Assembly (NCBI GenBank): GCA_965230905.1
Contig: OZ246396.1
Span: 450,001 to 482,000, forward strand
Direction of reading: 5' to 3'
Origin: Candidatus Saccharimonadota bacterium
GTDB taxonomy: Bacteria > Patescibacteriota > Gracilibacteria > UBA1369 > 2-02-FULL-48-14
DNA length: 32,000 nucleotides
Shown here: piece by piece, positions 31,582-32,000 of the stretch
How the letters are laid out: each line of letters begins with the position of its first letter
Numbering within the stretch: position 1 is the first letter of the stretch
Program-made: the position numbers and the translations under genes
Notes under the pieces: model-generated
Databases searched by the model: none
Told to the model about the DNA's origin: nothing
Seen by the model: only the letters and a program-made list of their open reading frames with translations

Positions 31582-32000
31582 AATCACTCAGCACCAGTAT
31601 CGCCCTCTCGCCGGTCTCTACCGTGCTCTTGGAACCTGTCCAGTCATGGAGGGCGTTTTGTATGGTCTCGTAGGAATAGACATAGGAATCGCCGCTGCTC
31701 ACTCCGGGGTCGTGCGTAATGAAGCCTTGGTCGTTGAATCCAATGATCACAATCATGTGGTAGGGCGGAGCTGGGTTGCCGTAACCGGGGTTGTCCAAAA
31801 TATTTCCGGCAACGGGAATGATGATGGGGTAGCCCGCACTGAGCAGAGCTTTCATATTTTCTGTGGTCACTTCGTCACCTGTGTAGACCGTGGCCGTGAG
31901 ACTGTAAAAGTCTTCCGCCACGGCGCCTGCTTGCGCCGCGCCAATGTCTATGCCGTAACCGTGTTCTTCCACCCATGCGGCGAGTTCCACAATCTCGCTG
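31580..32000 (-). CDS. C-terminal part of a C39-like (papain-fold) peptidase-domain protein, truncated by the window edge
   Basis: PPYHMIVIIGFNDQGFITHDPG resembles the His/Asp region of Peptidase_C39_2-type domains. The frame remains open upstream of the GTG at 31990 to the window end. Confidence 0.45.
   Translation of the reverse strand, partial: SEIVELAAWVEEHGYGIDIGAAQAGAVAEDFYSLTATVYTGDEVTTENMKALLSAGYPIIIPVAGNILDNPGYGNPAPPYHMIVIIGFNDQGFITHDPGVSSGDSYVYSYETIQNALHDWTGSKSTVETGERAILVLSD

Noticed and set aside
1-32000. Searches by eye for CRISPR arrays, tRNA/rRNA/tmRNA/SRP RNA genes, IS elements or integrases, reverse transcriptases, riboswitches upstream of guaA, folE, carB and lysRS, and recoded stop codons (code 4 or 25).
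   Set aside because: - There are no spaced direct-repeat arrays. The only tandem repeat is the 2 x 20 bp unit at 4558-4597.
- Intergenic gaps are mostly under 120 nt and lack cloverleaf-like or conserved RNA motifs.
- There are no transposase-like or integrase-like ORFs.
- The leaders of the candidate riboswitch genes are too short (7-110 nt).
- Housekeeping proteins terminate at expected lengths on TGA as well as TAA and TAG, so the standard code applies.

Overview
This is a compact, gene-dense bacterial chromosomal segment with about 45 protein genes, many touching or overlapping. I saw no rRNA, tRNA, CRISPR array, transposase or integrase. Standard code 11 fits: full-length housekeeping proteins end at TGA, TAA and TAG.

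Recognisable core genes are: guaA (long form); a class I lysyl-tRNA synthetase; dnaB; yraN-comM; carB; a proC-like gene; folE; recR; a minus-strand MEP isoprenoid operon (ispG, DUF4256-like, dxr, ispDF, 56-aa membrane ORF, ispE); infC-rpmI-rplT; murF; and holB.

Between them sit single-gene or two-gene patches that look AT-richer. These hold toxin-antitoxin or orphan genes: higA with a possible higB relic, an AbiEi-like orphan, two PIN/antitoxin pairs, two tandem tail-anchored paralogs, and several family-less ORFs. Shine-Dalgarno motifs are mostly absent. The style is consistent with a streamlined uncultivated bacterium (CPR-like), but that cannot be established from the sequence alone.

I found no complete, obviously novel multi-gene system. 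The best leads are:
1. The LysRS is fused to a C-terminal B3/4 (PheRS-editing-type) domain.
2. A consensus-promoter / 59-aa ORF / strong-terminator cassette is missed by the ORF track and lies beside the orphan AbiEi-like gene.
3. A DUF4256-like gene and a tiny membrane ORF are embedded in the MEP operon.
4. infC has an apparent non-AUG (ATA) start and a leader hairpin.
5. Promoter geometry suggests leaderless antitoxin transcripts with palindromic operators.
6. Two paralogous tail-anchored proteins sit next to a 9-bp perfect inverted repeat.

All family calls rest on motif recognition from memory, not on database searches.
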